A stretch of DNA of 64,000 nt from Planctomycetota bacterium (GTDB lineage: Bacteria > Planctomycetota > UBA8108 > SXIK01). Both the position numbers and the translations under genes were made by a program. Under the pieces are notes generated by a model, which saw nothing but the letters and a program-made list of their open reading frames with translations, was not told the origin of the DNA and ran no database searches. The stretch lies in the NCBI GenBank assembly GCA_965223845.1, contig CBDCXR010000004.1, positions 4,672,001 to 4,736,000 on the forward strand, read 5' to 3'. Positions 27,185-35,446 of the stretch are shown here, one piece after another (within the stretch, counting starts at the first letter, position 1; each line of letters begins with the position of its first letter).

Positions 27185-29656
27185 ATGAGTCTCCGCCGCC
27201 GCATCACCGTATCCGTCTTCGCACTCGGCGCCTTCGCTCTCGCTGCGTTCGCTTCGTACCACGCCTACACGAACCGACTGCGGCTGTTCGTGATACCCGC
27301 GCGGTTTCGAGACGTGCGGGAGCTCGGACGCTGGGGCACGAAGAACGAGTTGTTCGGGGATCTCGTGGCCGCGGAAAGGAACGGAGACGCGAAAGCTCGT
27401 GAGAGCGAGCGGCAGCGCTTCTGCGCCGCGGTCACCGAGATCGTCCGGCTCCAAGAGCCCGAGTTTCCGGTTTCGCGGCTGTGCCGAATCGATCGCTTCC
27501 ACTCCATCGAAGGAGACGTCTTCTACCTGGCTTGTTTCCGATTGTCGCGCCCCGTACTCGCGACGCTTCCGATCGGACCCCGTTCCATCGAGCTCAGCGA
27601 GAGCCAAGACTCCCATCGCTTGCTGGACTCGCGGGGGCGACTCGTCGATCCGCGCAAGTTCGTGCACGCGGAATCCCCGCGCTCGAAGTTTCTCTTGCAG
27701 TGCGACTCATCGCTCGGTCACCAGACCCACAACTGGGAAGAGTTGTCGGCACTCTGCATATCGATCTCGCCCGAGGAACAAGTCGTGAGCGGTTTGCCGG
27801 TGCTGGCGACGATCGACCGCACGGGATTCGTCGAGCTCGGCCCCGTCGCGTGGGACGAGTACTCGACGCCCCGCTATTCGCCGCCGAAGAAACCGTCCCC
27901 TCTTACCGGCGCGAAGCGCGAACGCGTAAAGGATCTGCTTGCGTCGCCGTCGACGGGCGGCGTTCTCAGGGCGCTCCAACTTCTTGCGGATTCCGGGTGT
28001 GAGCTCGAAAGCGCGCGAACCTCCCTCGATCACCGCAGCCCACTCGTCCGCGCACGTGCGCTCTCGATCCTCGGACGCGAGCACGCCACTTGGGAGGAGA
28101 TTGAGCGACTGAGCTCCGACTCGGAACCCCGCGTGCGTCTCACTGCCGTCGAGATTCTGGGGGCTAGACCGGGACCGGCAGCGGACCGGGTCGCGCAGAG
28201 CCGGACGACGGATGAGGATCGCGCGATTCGGATCGCCGCGCACAGTCACTTGGCCGCTCGGGGGAGATCGGCTGAGATCGCGCGGGCTTCCCTCCTCTAC
28301 CTTCTGGACAAACGCGTCGAATCGTGGGCAATCCTCGCCGCCGACCTCGAACGATTGAGTTCCCCGGAAATCGTTCGTGCCGCGCTCGATTGGGCGGAAG
28401 ACGAGCTGACGAAGCGGCCGAACCGCCGACCGTACCGCCAGCTCGTCATGTTCGCGCGTTCCGCGTTCTGGCGTCTGAAGCGCGAGCACGTCGCGGGCGA
28501 GACTGGTCGCGTCGTCGCGCTACTCGACGAGGTGGAGCCGTCGGTACGAGAGGGACTCTTGGTGGCACTCGCGGAGATCGGATCGACGGAAGCGGCGATC
28601 GCCACGTCGAGATGGACCGTCGAAGAGGGCGTGTGGGATCGTCGGCTCGGTCACCGATTCTCCCGGAGCGTTCTTCCCGAGTTCTTGCTCGCGCTCGCCT
28701 CGCGACCCCGCGGAGATCACTCCGACGCGCTCGTCCGAAAGCTCGAGAAATGGGCCGATTTCGCGGAGGACTCCGAAACGAGACGAATTCGCGTTGGTAT
28801 CGGAGCCGCGGCCGTGCTCCTCGCCTGGGACGTATCCGGTGCTCGGCAGCGAATGATCGATCTCTTCTCGACGAACTTCGAACTCTTCAGCCCCGTCGAA
28901 ATTTTCCAACTTCTCGCGCAGGATGATCTCGTCTGCGAGGTGCTCGAGAACGCAGCGTCGGGAGACGCTCGACCGGGAAACTTCCGCGCGATCGCGGGTT
29001 TGATCGCGGAGCATCTCGTCCGCGCGAAGGCTGCTCCCGTTTCGGAGTGCGTCCGCTCCTATCTCAACGTTCTCGCGGACGAAGATCCATTCTCTCTCGG
29101 CGCTTACCGCGCGTTGCTTTCGCTGGCGATGGACGGCCGGAAGAGCGCCGAGAAGCGACTCACGCGCATGCTCGTCGAACCTCACCCGGACGCCGTCGGG
29201 ACTCGCGAGAACGCGTTTCCGAGGGAGCTCTTCCATTCGCGGCGTCGCGAGGCCGGACCGATTCTTCTCGGGGTTCTCCGCGATCTCCTCGACGCGAAAC
29301 CGACCCGCGACGAGAACCTAGCCCGACATCGGATCGAGCTCCTCGAAGAGTGTCTGTCGTCTCTGGTCGCGCTCTGGCCCGAGGAGCCGCCCGAAGAAGC
29401 GATCGCGCTCGCTCGTCGGGCGTCACGGCGCACGCCGAACGAGTCCCAGTTGTGGGGCTTCGGCACGCTGACCCTGTGGCAGGTGCCCGATGCGATCGAC
29501 AACCTTCGCTCCGTTCTGCGCCGCGAAGGATTGCCGGAGGAGATGCTCGCCACCTGGATCGACTCGTTCGATCAGGCGGCGGCGTTCGCGTTCGGGGACC
29601 GTGCGCGCCGGCGCGACTACCGAGAACGTCTCGAGTCGCTTGTCGAGGAGAACTGA
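27185..29656 (+). CDS. Membrane-anchored HEAT-repeat-containing hypothetical protein
   Basis: RRR plus hydrophobic N-terminal helix; HEAT-like units SPLVRARALSILG, SEPRVRLTAVEILG, EDRAIRIAA; start placed after the divergent SDR. Confidence 0.7.
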   Translation: MSLRRRITVSVFALGAFALAAFASYHAYTNRLRLFVIPARFRDVRELGRWGTKNELFGDLVAAERNGDAKARESERQRFCAAVTEIVRLQEPEFPVSRLCRIDRFHSIEGDVFYLACFRLSRPVLATLPIGPRSIELSESQDSHRLLDSRGRLVDPRKFVHAESPRSKFLLQCDSSLGHQTHNWEELSALCISISPEEQVVSGLPVLATIDRTGFVELGPVAWDEYSTPRYSPPKKPSPLTGAKRERVKDLLASPSTGGVLRALQLLADSGCELESARTSLDHRSPLVRARALSILGREHATWEEIERLSSDSEPRVRLTAVEILGARPGPAADRVAQSRTTDEDRAIRIAAHSHLAARGRSAEIARASLLYLLDKRVESWAILAADLERLSSPEIVRAALDWAEDELTKRPNRRPYRQLVMFARSAFWRLKREHVAGETGRVVALLDEVEPSVREGLLVALAEIGSTEAAIATSRWTVEEGVWDRRLGHRFSRSVLPEFLLALASRPRGDHSDALVRKLEKWADFAEDSETRRIRVGIGAAAVLLAWDVSGARQRMIDLFSTNFELFSPVEIFQLLAQDDLVCEVLENAASGDARPGNFRAIAGLIAEHLVRAKAAPVSECVRSYLNVLADEDPFSLGAYRALLSLAMDGRKSAEKRLTRMLVEPHPDAVGTRENAFPRELFHSRRREAGPILLGVLRDLLDAKPTRDENLARHRIELLEECLSSLVALWPEEPPEEAIALARRASRRTPNESQLWGFGTLTLWQVPDAIDNLRSVLRREGLPEEMLATWIDSFDQAAAFAFGDRARRRDYRERLESLVEEN

Positions 29657-29816
29657 GGCCTCCTCCACGGCGTCGACGCCAAGGCTAAGGCCGAGGTCGC
29701 GCCGCCTTGCTCGCCGCTCACCCTCGAGTCAGAATGAACGCTCGTCGCGCAGCCGCGTCGCGGCTCGCCCGGTCCAGCCCGGTCCGTTGCAATCACGCAT
29801 TCACAACGCGGAGCGG

Positions 29817-31463
29817 ATGATGTCGCAGTTCGTTCGGAGAACTTCACCACGAATCCGCGGCGCTACCGTGCTCGCCGGAGTTCTCTCCGTTTCCCTGGCG
29901 CCGCTCGCCGCGGCCGACGCGACGAAACTCCGCCCCGGCGAGAAATTCAATATCGACATTCCGAAGACCATCCGGACCGGAGTGCGGCGAGAGAACGCGG
30001 AACGCTGGGTGCCCATCAAGTTCGACGGTGCGGGATCCGAGCCCAAGGGCCTCCCGCTCCAACGCGCGGCGACACGCGTCACCGTGGCCCCCACCGCGGC
30101 CAACCAAGGGACGATCTACGCGGCGAAGATCGGCCAGATCCTCAAGTTGCAGCGCTACGTGAAGGGCCGCAATCGTCGATTCACTTGGGTGGACGTCTAC
30201 AAAAAAGGAAAGCTCGTCACGACGCGGCGAACGCGAACGGTGATGTTCGTCATCGACGTTCTTCCGCTCCCGTCGATCAGCGTCGCAGCGGGAGGAACCG
30301 CGAAGGTTTCGCTTCCCGCTCGCCACCTCGACTGGAAAGTTGCGCGAAGGTCGTTCAGCGCGTTTACGGCGGAGATCTCTCGCGATCGCAACCTCGTCGT
30401 CCGCGGCGTGAAGGCCGGCTCCGCGACGCTCCGCCTAGAAGCGCGAACCGGACGGGAGAAGTTCAGCGTCACGGCGAGGGTTTCCGTGGGCAACCGCTCG
30501 CTCCTTGCGTTCGCGATCGCCGTCGGAGAAACGGCAGTCATCTCACCCGACGACATACCCGCGGTAGCGAAGCTCGAGGGACGGATCCTCCGCCAAGTCG
30601 ACGCGAATCCGCCCCATCTCGTCGGCGTCGTTCCGTGCGGGCGGAGCGAGAATTTGATCGTCACGGGTCGAGCACCCGGCGAGGTGCGAATCGACGCCCG
30701 CTACGACGCGACGACCGGAAAGCGAAAGGATGCAGTACAGCGAAACGTGCTTCTGCAGATCACCGTCGACGACAAATCTCTGAGCAAACGCGAGCGCGTC
30801 AACGCACTCTACTTCGACGGACACTCGAGTCTCGTGTCTTATCCCTTCGTTCCCCTCGACTCGTTCAGCGAGTTCACGATCGAGGCTTGGGTGTACGACT
30901 GGGGATCGACGATCGTCAGCCAAGGTCGCGACGGCGAACCCGAGAACAGCTTTTGGCTCTGGCATGATCGCGGGAAGCGCGCCACCGGCGGATGGGAATC
31001 GGGACGCGGCACCGACATCGGCCATCCCGAGAAGCCCCGCGCTCGCGAAGCCCCACGCTGGAAGCACATCGCACTCACCTACGTACGCCGGACGTCGCGC
31101 CTCTACGTCGACGGGAAGCTGGTGTCGAGCCGCCACAACGTGAAGCCGCCGGGTCCTCTGACGAAAGCACGCTCACTCCACATCGGGTGCAGCGCGAACC
31201 GAAAGGGCCGGATGATTCGCCACGCTTCGGGCTTCCTCAAATGTCTTCGGATCTCGCGCGTCGCGCGCTACCGGCGCTCGTCGTTCGTACCGGAAGCGGA
31301 TTGGACGCCGAGTCCGGACGACGCCGTCTACGTCGACGCGGGAGAGCTCGAGCCGAACGGCAGCATCGCCGATCTCTCCCCCACGGCGAAGCCCGGACGC
31401 GCACAGGGAGTTCGATCGTTCGTCCTTCGTCGCGGGCCGCGCGAAACATCGCCGAAGCGGTGA
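29817..31463 (+). CDS. Secreted basic protein with Ig-like repeats and C-terminal LamG-like domain
   Basis: Signal peptide (LAA-A); LVVRGVKAGSATL and LIVTGRAPGEVRI repeats; FTIEAWV, WKHIALTY, LYVDG, LRISRVARY. Confidence 0.75.
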   Translation: MMSQFVRRTSPRIRGATVLAGVLSVSLAPLAAADATKLRPGEKFNIDIPKTIRTGVRRENAERWVPIKFDGAGSEPKGLPLQRAATRVTVAPTAANQGTIYAAKIGQILKLQRYVKGRNRRFTWVDVYKKGKLVTTRRTRTVMFVIDVLPLPSISVAAGGTAKVSLPARHLDWKVARRSFSAFTAEISRDRNLVVRGVKAGSATLRLEARTGREKFSVTARVSVGNRSLLAFAIAVGETAVISPDDIPAVAKLEGRILRQVDANPPHLVGVVPCGRSENLIVTGRAPGEVRIDARYDATTGKRKDAVQRNVLLQITVDDKSLSKRERVNALYFDGHSSLVSYPFVPLDSFSEFTIEAWVYDWGSTIVSQGRDGEPENSFWLWHDRGKRATGGWESGRGTDIGHPEKPRAREAPRWKHIALTYVRRTSRLYVDGKLVSSRHNVKPPGPLTKARSLHIGCSANRKGRMIRHASGFLKCLRISRVARYRRSSFVPEADWTPSPDDAVYVDAGELEPNGSIADLSPTAKPGRAQGVRSFVLRRGPRETSPKR

Positions 31464-31467
31464 CCCC

Positions 31468-31555
31468 GCCGCGCTAACAACTCCCGGATAAGGGGTGAAA
31501 TGGGGCGAAATCCGGTGAATCCCTTACGATGGGGAGTCGTCGAACGTAACGCGGC
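31468..31555. promoter_or_regulatory. Nested inverted repeat with 10-bp-phased direct repeats upstream of 31765
   Basis: GCCGCG/CGCGGC, ACTCCC/GGGAGT and TAAGGG/CCCTTA arms enclose AGGGGTGAAA-TGGGGCGAAA-TCCGGTGAAT. Confidence 0.4.
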
Positions 31556-31764
31556 GCTTTCGAGCCGCTTCGACCGGCGAAGCGTACCTGGCCGTACGTC
31601 AGCATCGGCGGAGCGGGTCAGAACCCGATGAGGGGCGTAGGATTCGCCGAGGGAAAGCGGTTCGAATTGGGAGAGCACCGCTTCGGTGCGTATTTCGTGG
31701 TGCGGCCGCCCGTCGGTTTCGAACGAACGAGCGACGGCGACCATCCAGTCGCGGGAGGTAGGCG

Positions 31765-32802
31765 ATGCGTCCACTGCTTCGAATCAGCGGACTCTGTCTG
31801 ATCGCCGTCTCGATTCGCGCGCACGGCGAATCGGGCGAGGCATTCGGCGCGCTCTCGGTGTACCCCCGAGTCGCGAGGAACGGCGATACGCTTCACGTCG
31901 TCGTCGACGATGGAGACCCGGCGACTCGGCGAGGGGCCGACCGACGCTGGCGACTCGAGTCGGATCTCGACGGCATCATCGCCGAGACGACCGCGCGCGA
32001 GATCAGCATTCCGGCGGACGTTCTGAGCCCCGGGGAACACGTCTTCCAGCTGCGCCCGATGAACTCGGCGGCCGCGACGCACCGCCCCGCCGCGTCGGAG
32101 ACCGTCACCATCGTTCGCTCGATCGCGACTTCCGGCGTCGCGGTGCGCGTCCTCCTCGACGCCGAGACCGCGACGTCGTGGCTCCGCCGATTCAATCGAA
32201 ACGTCGAGCTGCATCGATTCGCGCTCGAAGTCGGATCCGTCTCGGACCTCCGCCTCGAAGGGATCGACTTCTCGAGAATCGGGCGGTCTTCGCTCAAGAA
32301 CCTGAAGAAGATCCAGCTCTACGCCATCGAGTCGACACCCGGCGCGACCGCTCCGAGTGCAGAAGAGCGTGTACTCGTCGGCTCCGGCGCGTCGGTAAAC
32401 AAGAATCACATCGTTTTCGACGGAATGGGACTCGCGCTCGCGCCCGAGAGCCTCGTCATTTTGGTTCTCGAGGCGCAGGTAAAGAGCGATATCGTCGAAT
32501 CGTGGATGTTCTTTACCTTCGCACTGGTCGTTCTCGCTTCCGGGATTCGGTTTTGTCTTCGTCGCAGGCGCGGAGTCTCGCCCGGAGTGCTCGGACTCGC
32601 CTGCGTTTGCATCACGCTCGCTGGCGCCTTCACGGTACCGGGCTGCGACGAGAGCAGTGATCGAGACCCCACGATTCACGTCGGAGTTCGCGACGCCGAA
32701 GACATCCTCGTCCTCGACGACGCAGCGTCGGCCGTCGTTCTCGATGACTTTCCCGAAGACGGCCTCCGGGGGCACAAGTACCGGATCGAAGACTTCGACT
32801 GA
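31765..32802 (+). CDS. Exported hypothetical protein with internal TM hairpin and lipobox-like GC
   Basis: GGGAGG RBS; signal peptide; beta-rich body; FFTFALVVLASGI-RFCLRRRR-GVLGLACVCITLAGAFTVPGC. Confidence 0.75.
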   Translation: MRPLLRISGLCLIAVSIRAHGESGEAFGALSVYPRVARNGDTLHVVVDDGDPATRRGADRRWRLESDLDGIIAETTAREISIPADVLSPGEHVFQLRPMNSAAATHRPAASETVTIVRSIATSGVAVRVLLDAETATSWLRRFNRNVELHRFALEVGSVSDLRLEGIDFSRIGRSSLKNLKKIQLYAIESTPGATAPSAEERVLVGSGASVNKNHIVFDGMGLALAPESLVILVLEAQVKSDIVESWMFFTFALVVLASGIRFCLRRRRGVSPGVLGLACVCITLAGAFTVPGCDESSDRDPTIHVGVRDAEDILVLDDAASAVVLDDFPEDGLRGHKYRIEDFD

Positions 32803-32959
32803 ACTCCCCGAGAGTTGGAGCTCGGCGACTCATCCAGTGCTCAGTTCGCGCTCTCCGGTAGCGTGTTCGAGCCGGGAGAGAAAACGACGAGAAGCACAGG
32901 GTTCGAATCGAGAAGATCGTCGGCTACTCTGAGGCCCGTCCCGGAACTGAGGAGATCCG

Positions 32960-33361
32960 ATGAACCGACCTTGGCTGCCATTCGTCTCGTGCGCCCTCGC
33001 GCTTCACCTCGCCGCCTGCGCCGGCGCGCCGCCCGTATTCCACCGGTTTCGACTGCAGCCGGAAGGAACGGCTGCGCTCCACTTCGATCCTCCGAGCAGC
33101 GGCGAGATCGCGATCGGAAATCGCGGCACCGGCACGGTGAACCTCGAGTTCGTGCGCGCGAACGGCGAGGTCGAGGCGACGATCGCGCTCGGCGCGGGCG
33201 CGAAAATGCAGCGTTTGACCGATGGCATCGAGCGGACGCAGTTCGCGAACTCGCCGGACGGCGAATCCCAAATCGAGTACGCGATCCGGCTCGACCGCCC
33301 CGGAGCGGTTCGGATTCGACTCGAGATCAAACCGGTGGACGACTCCGAGGGCGGAAACTGA
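32960..33361 (+). CDS. Small lipoprotein, hypothetical
   Basis: GAGGAG RBS; LALHLAAC lipobox; beta-rich mature part. Confidence 0.7.
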   Translation: MNRPWLPFVSCALALHLAACAGAPPVFHRFRLQPEGTAALHFDPPSSGEIAIGNRGTGTVNLEFVRANGEVEATIALGAGAKMQRLTDGIERTQFANSPDGESQIEYAIRLDRPGAVRIRLEIKPVDDSEGGN

Positions 33362-33370
33362 CGCGAGCGT

Positions 33371-34156
33371 CTACTCTTCCTGAAAGAGTTGTCCGGCCGT
33401 CCAATCGCAGAGCCCGGTCACCGTGCGGCCGCAGCCTCCGCTCACCGACGAATCCTCCCCGCGAGCTTCGTTTTGCGCTCCGCCCGTCACGGACGCGTAG
33501 GCGCCGGAGATCGTGTTTTCGCGACCCGCTGCGATTCCACCGTAGAGACGGAAGTTATTCCCGCGGCCGACCACGATGTTGTGTGAGCCGACGCGCGAGT
33601 TGCCGTCTCCGGGACGGAGCTCGTTGTAGCCGACGATCAAATTGCCGTGACCGTTCGTGGTCGCGGTCGCACCTTCGCCGTTTACGATCTGCAGGTTCAC
33701 TCCCTCGAGAACGAGCGTGCGGACCACGCCGTCTTCGCCATCGGACGTCTCGTCGAGCGAGAACCGTTCGAGGACGCGAGATTCCTCGACCGACGGCAAG
33801 CGATCGGCGATTTCATCGACGCGATCGTCGAGGGCTTCAATTCCGGACGTCAGCCGGCCGTCGACCGACGAGAGCGTACCGGTGATCGCGAGCAGCTCGT
33901 CCTGCAGGGCTTTTACGGTTGCTTCGAGCGCCTCGACGCGCCGGTCGTTGTCGTTCACGCTCGCCGCGATGACGGTGAAGTTCTCGTTCACTTGATTTGC
34001 GTCGGCGATCTCGCCGTTGATGAAGGTGTGCGGCACGAACACGCTGCTCGCCGTCGTGCTCGCCGGTGAACTGAGAACAGCACCGATCACGCCGCAGCCG
34101 ACACATAGGATCGCCGTTTTCGCCCACCCCAAGGAGTTTCCTCTACTCCGCGCCAT
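33371..34156 (-). CDS. Secreted fibre-like protein (N-terminal anchor-like motif, coiled coil, Gly-rich beta-helix-like head)
   Basis: GAGGAG RBS; signal/TM; VPHTFINGEIADANQVNENF; heptads RVEALEATVKALQDEL; repeats GRENTISG, SVTGGAQNEARG, SVSGG. Confidence 0.78.
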   Translation of the reverse strand: MARSRGNSLGWAKTAILCVGCGVIGAVLSSPASTTASSVFVPHTFINGEIADANQVNENFTVIAASVNDNDRRVEALEATVKALQDELLAITGTLSSVDGRLTSGIEALDDRVDEIADRLPSVEESRVLERFSLDETSDGEDGVVRTLVLEGVNLQIVNGEGATATTNGHGNLIVGYNELRPGDGNSRVGSHNIVVGRGNNFRLYGGIAAGRENTISGAYASVTGGAQNEARGEDSSVSGGCGRTVTGLCDWTAGQLFQEE

Positions 34157-34286
34157 CGAAGTCTCCTCTCGCTTCTCTTCTCTTTCGATCGTTCTCGCCC
34201 GGCGCACGCACCGGGACCCGGCGCCCCGTGTGCCTTCGTCGACCTTCGGCCGAGGGGTCCGTCATCCGAACGCTTCGACGCCGTGA

Positions 34287-34556
34287 TCAACCCGCGTCGC
34301 CGAACTCCGGCTCGGGGACCGGACCCGGATCCGGGTCCGGAGGTGGAGGCGGCGGCTGGGACTCGTCGGACCACGGCTCGCTCCCCCACTCCGAGCTCCC
34401 CCAAATAAGTCCGGCTCGAGCGGCTTCCGACGACGAGCCGCTCCCGCTACTTCCCCCGCACCCGAGCTCGACGAGCGCGGCGGCGAGAGCGATCAACAGG
34501 AGCGCCATCGTCCCCGCCGTTCGGGCTCCACTCCTCCGTTCAACACTGCGTGTCAT
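34287..34556 (-). CDS. Small lipoprotein with WGxxxWGxxxW motif and Pro-rich tail
   Basis: GAGG upstream; LAAALVELGC lipobox, GGSSGSGSS linker, LIWGSSEWGSEPWS, PPPPPPDPDPGP. Confidence 0.65.
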   Translation of the reverse strand: MTRSVERRSGARTAGTMALLLIALAAALVELGCGGSSGSGSSSEAARAGLIWGSSEWGSEPWSDESQPPPPPPDPDPGPVPEPEFGDAG

Positions 34557-34815
34557 GGCACGTCCTCATGCAGTGTGATCCTTCCCATCGCCACGGAACG
34601 GAGCGACGCGTTGGCAGCGGACGGACGCCGTCGACACACACCGTGGGCGCCACAGCGACTCCCGCGCGCGCGACGACGCGCGCCGCGTCGTCCTCCCCGC
34701 ATCATCTCCGCTCGGGCGATAGGCTTCACTTCCTCTTGGCCGAACCGCGCTGCGCCATCGCGAAACGCAACGGGCAGCCAACGATCGGCGAGTCTCGGTC
34801 TCCTCAGCCCCGAGA

Positions 34816-34839
34816 TCCCTTGTGATTAACACAGAGGGA
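34816..34839. promoter_or_regulatory. AT-cored palindrome (operator or hairpin downstream of mog)
   Basis: TCCCT-TGTG ATTAA CACA-G-AGGGA. Confidence 0.35.
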
Positions 34840-34892
34840 GATGGACTACCACAACATTCGCGGCGTCGATCGATGCGAGCGGCGTAGTCGAC

Positions 34893-35435
34893 TCACTTCC
34901 CCTTCGGACGAAATGCGCGAATCCGCTCTTCGTTCGTCGTCAGGTACGGGCCTTCGATCAGATCGACGCAGTAAGGGATCGCGGGGAACACCGCATCGAG
35001 GCACTCGGCGATCGCTTTCGGTTGACCGGGCAGATTGAGTATGAGCGAGCGCCCGCGAATGCCGGCCGTCTGACGGGAGAGGATCGCCGTCGGCACCTTC
35101 GTGAGGGAGACGGCGCGCATCAACTCACCGAAGCCCGGCAGGATCTTGTCGCAGACGCGTTCGGTCGCTTCGGGCGTGATATCGCGCGGTGCGGGCCCGG
35201 TGCCGCCGGTCGTGATGACGAGCGCGCAGGCTTGGTCATCGGCGAGCTCCTCGAGCGTCTGTCGCACGATGTTCCGCTCGTCCGGAACGACCCGCGCGAC
35301 GGCCTCCCAGGGAGAGGTGAGCACGGCTCGGAGATACTCTGCGATCGCGGGGCCGCCGCGATCCTCGTACTCACCGCGGCTCGCGCGATCGGAAACCGTG
35401 AGAATCCCGATCTTCGCCGGATCGTTCGTCGACAT
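34893..35435 (-). CDS. mog: Molybdopterin adenylyltransferase
   Basis: TVSDRASRGEYED.GGP, TTGGTGPAPRDITPEAT, PGFGELMR, AILSRQTAG, NLPGQP. Confidence 0.95.
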   Translation of the reverse strand: MSTNDPAKIGILTVSDRASRGEYEDRGGPAIAEYLRAVLTSPWEAVARVVPDERNIVRQTLEELADDQACALVITTGGTGPAPRDITPEATERVCDKILPGFGELMRAVSLTKVPTAILSRQTAGIRGRSLILNLPGQPKAIAECLDAVFPAIPYCVDLIEGPYLTTNEERIRAFRPKGK

Positions 35436-35446
35436 TCTCGTCTTCC

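Noticed and set aside
26945-27667. N-terminal extension making the SDR 497 aa
   Set aside because: RBS and family alignment place the start at 26944; the extension is antisense to the HEAT gene
33371-34156. Prophage remnant interpretation of the fibre-like gene
   Set aside because: It has an export signal, and no integrase, capsid, terminase or att-like repeats were seen
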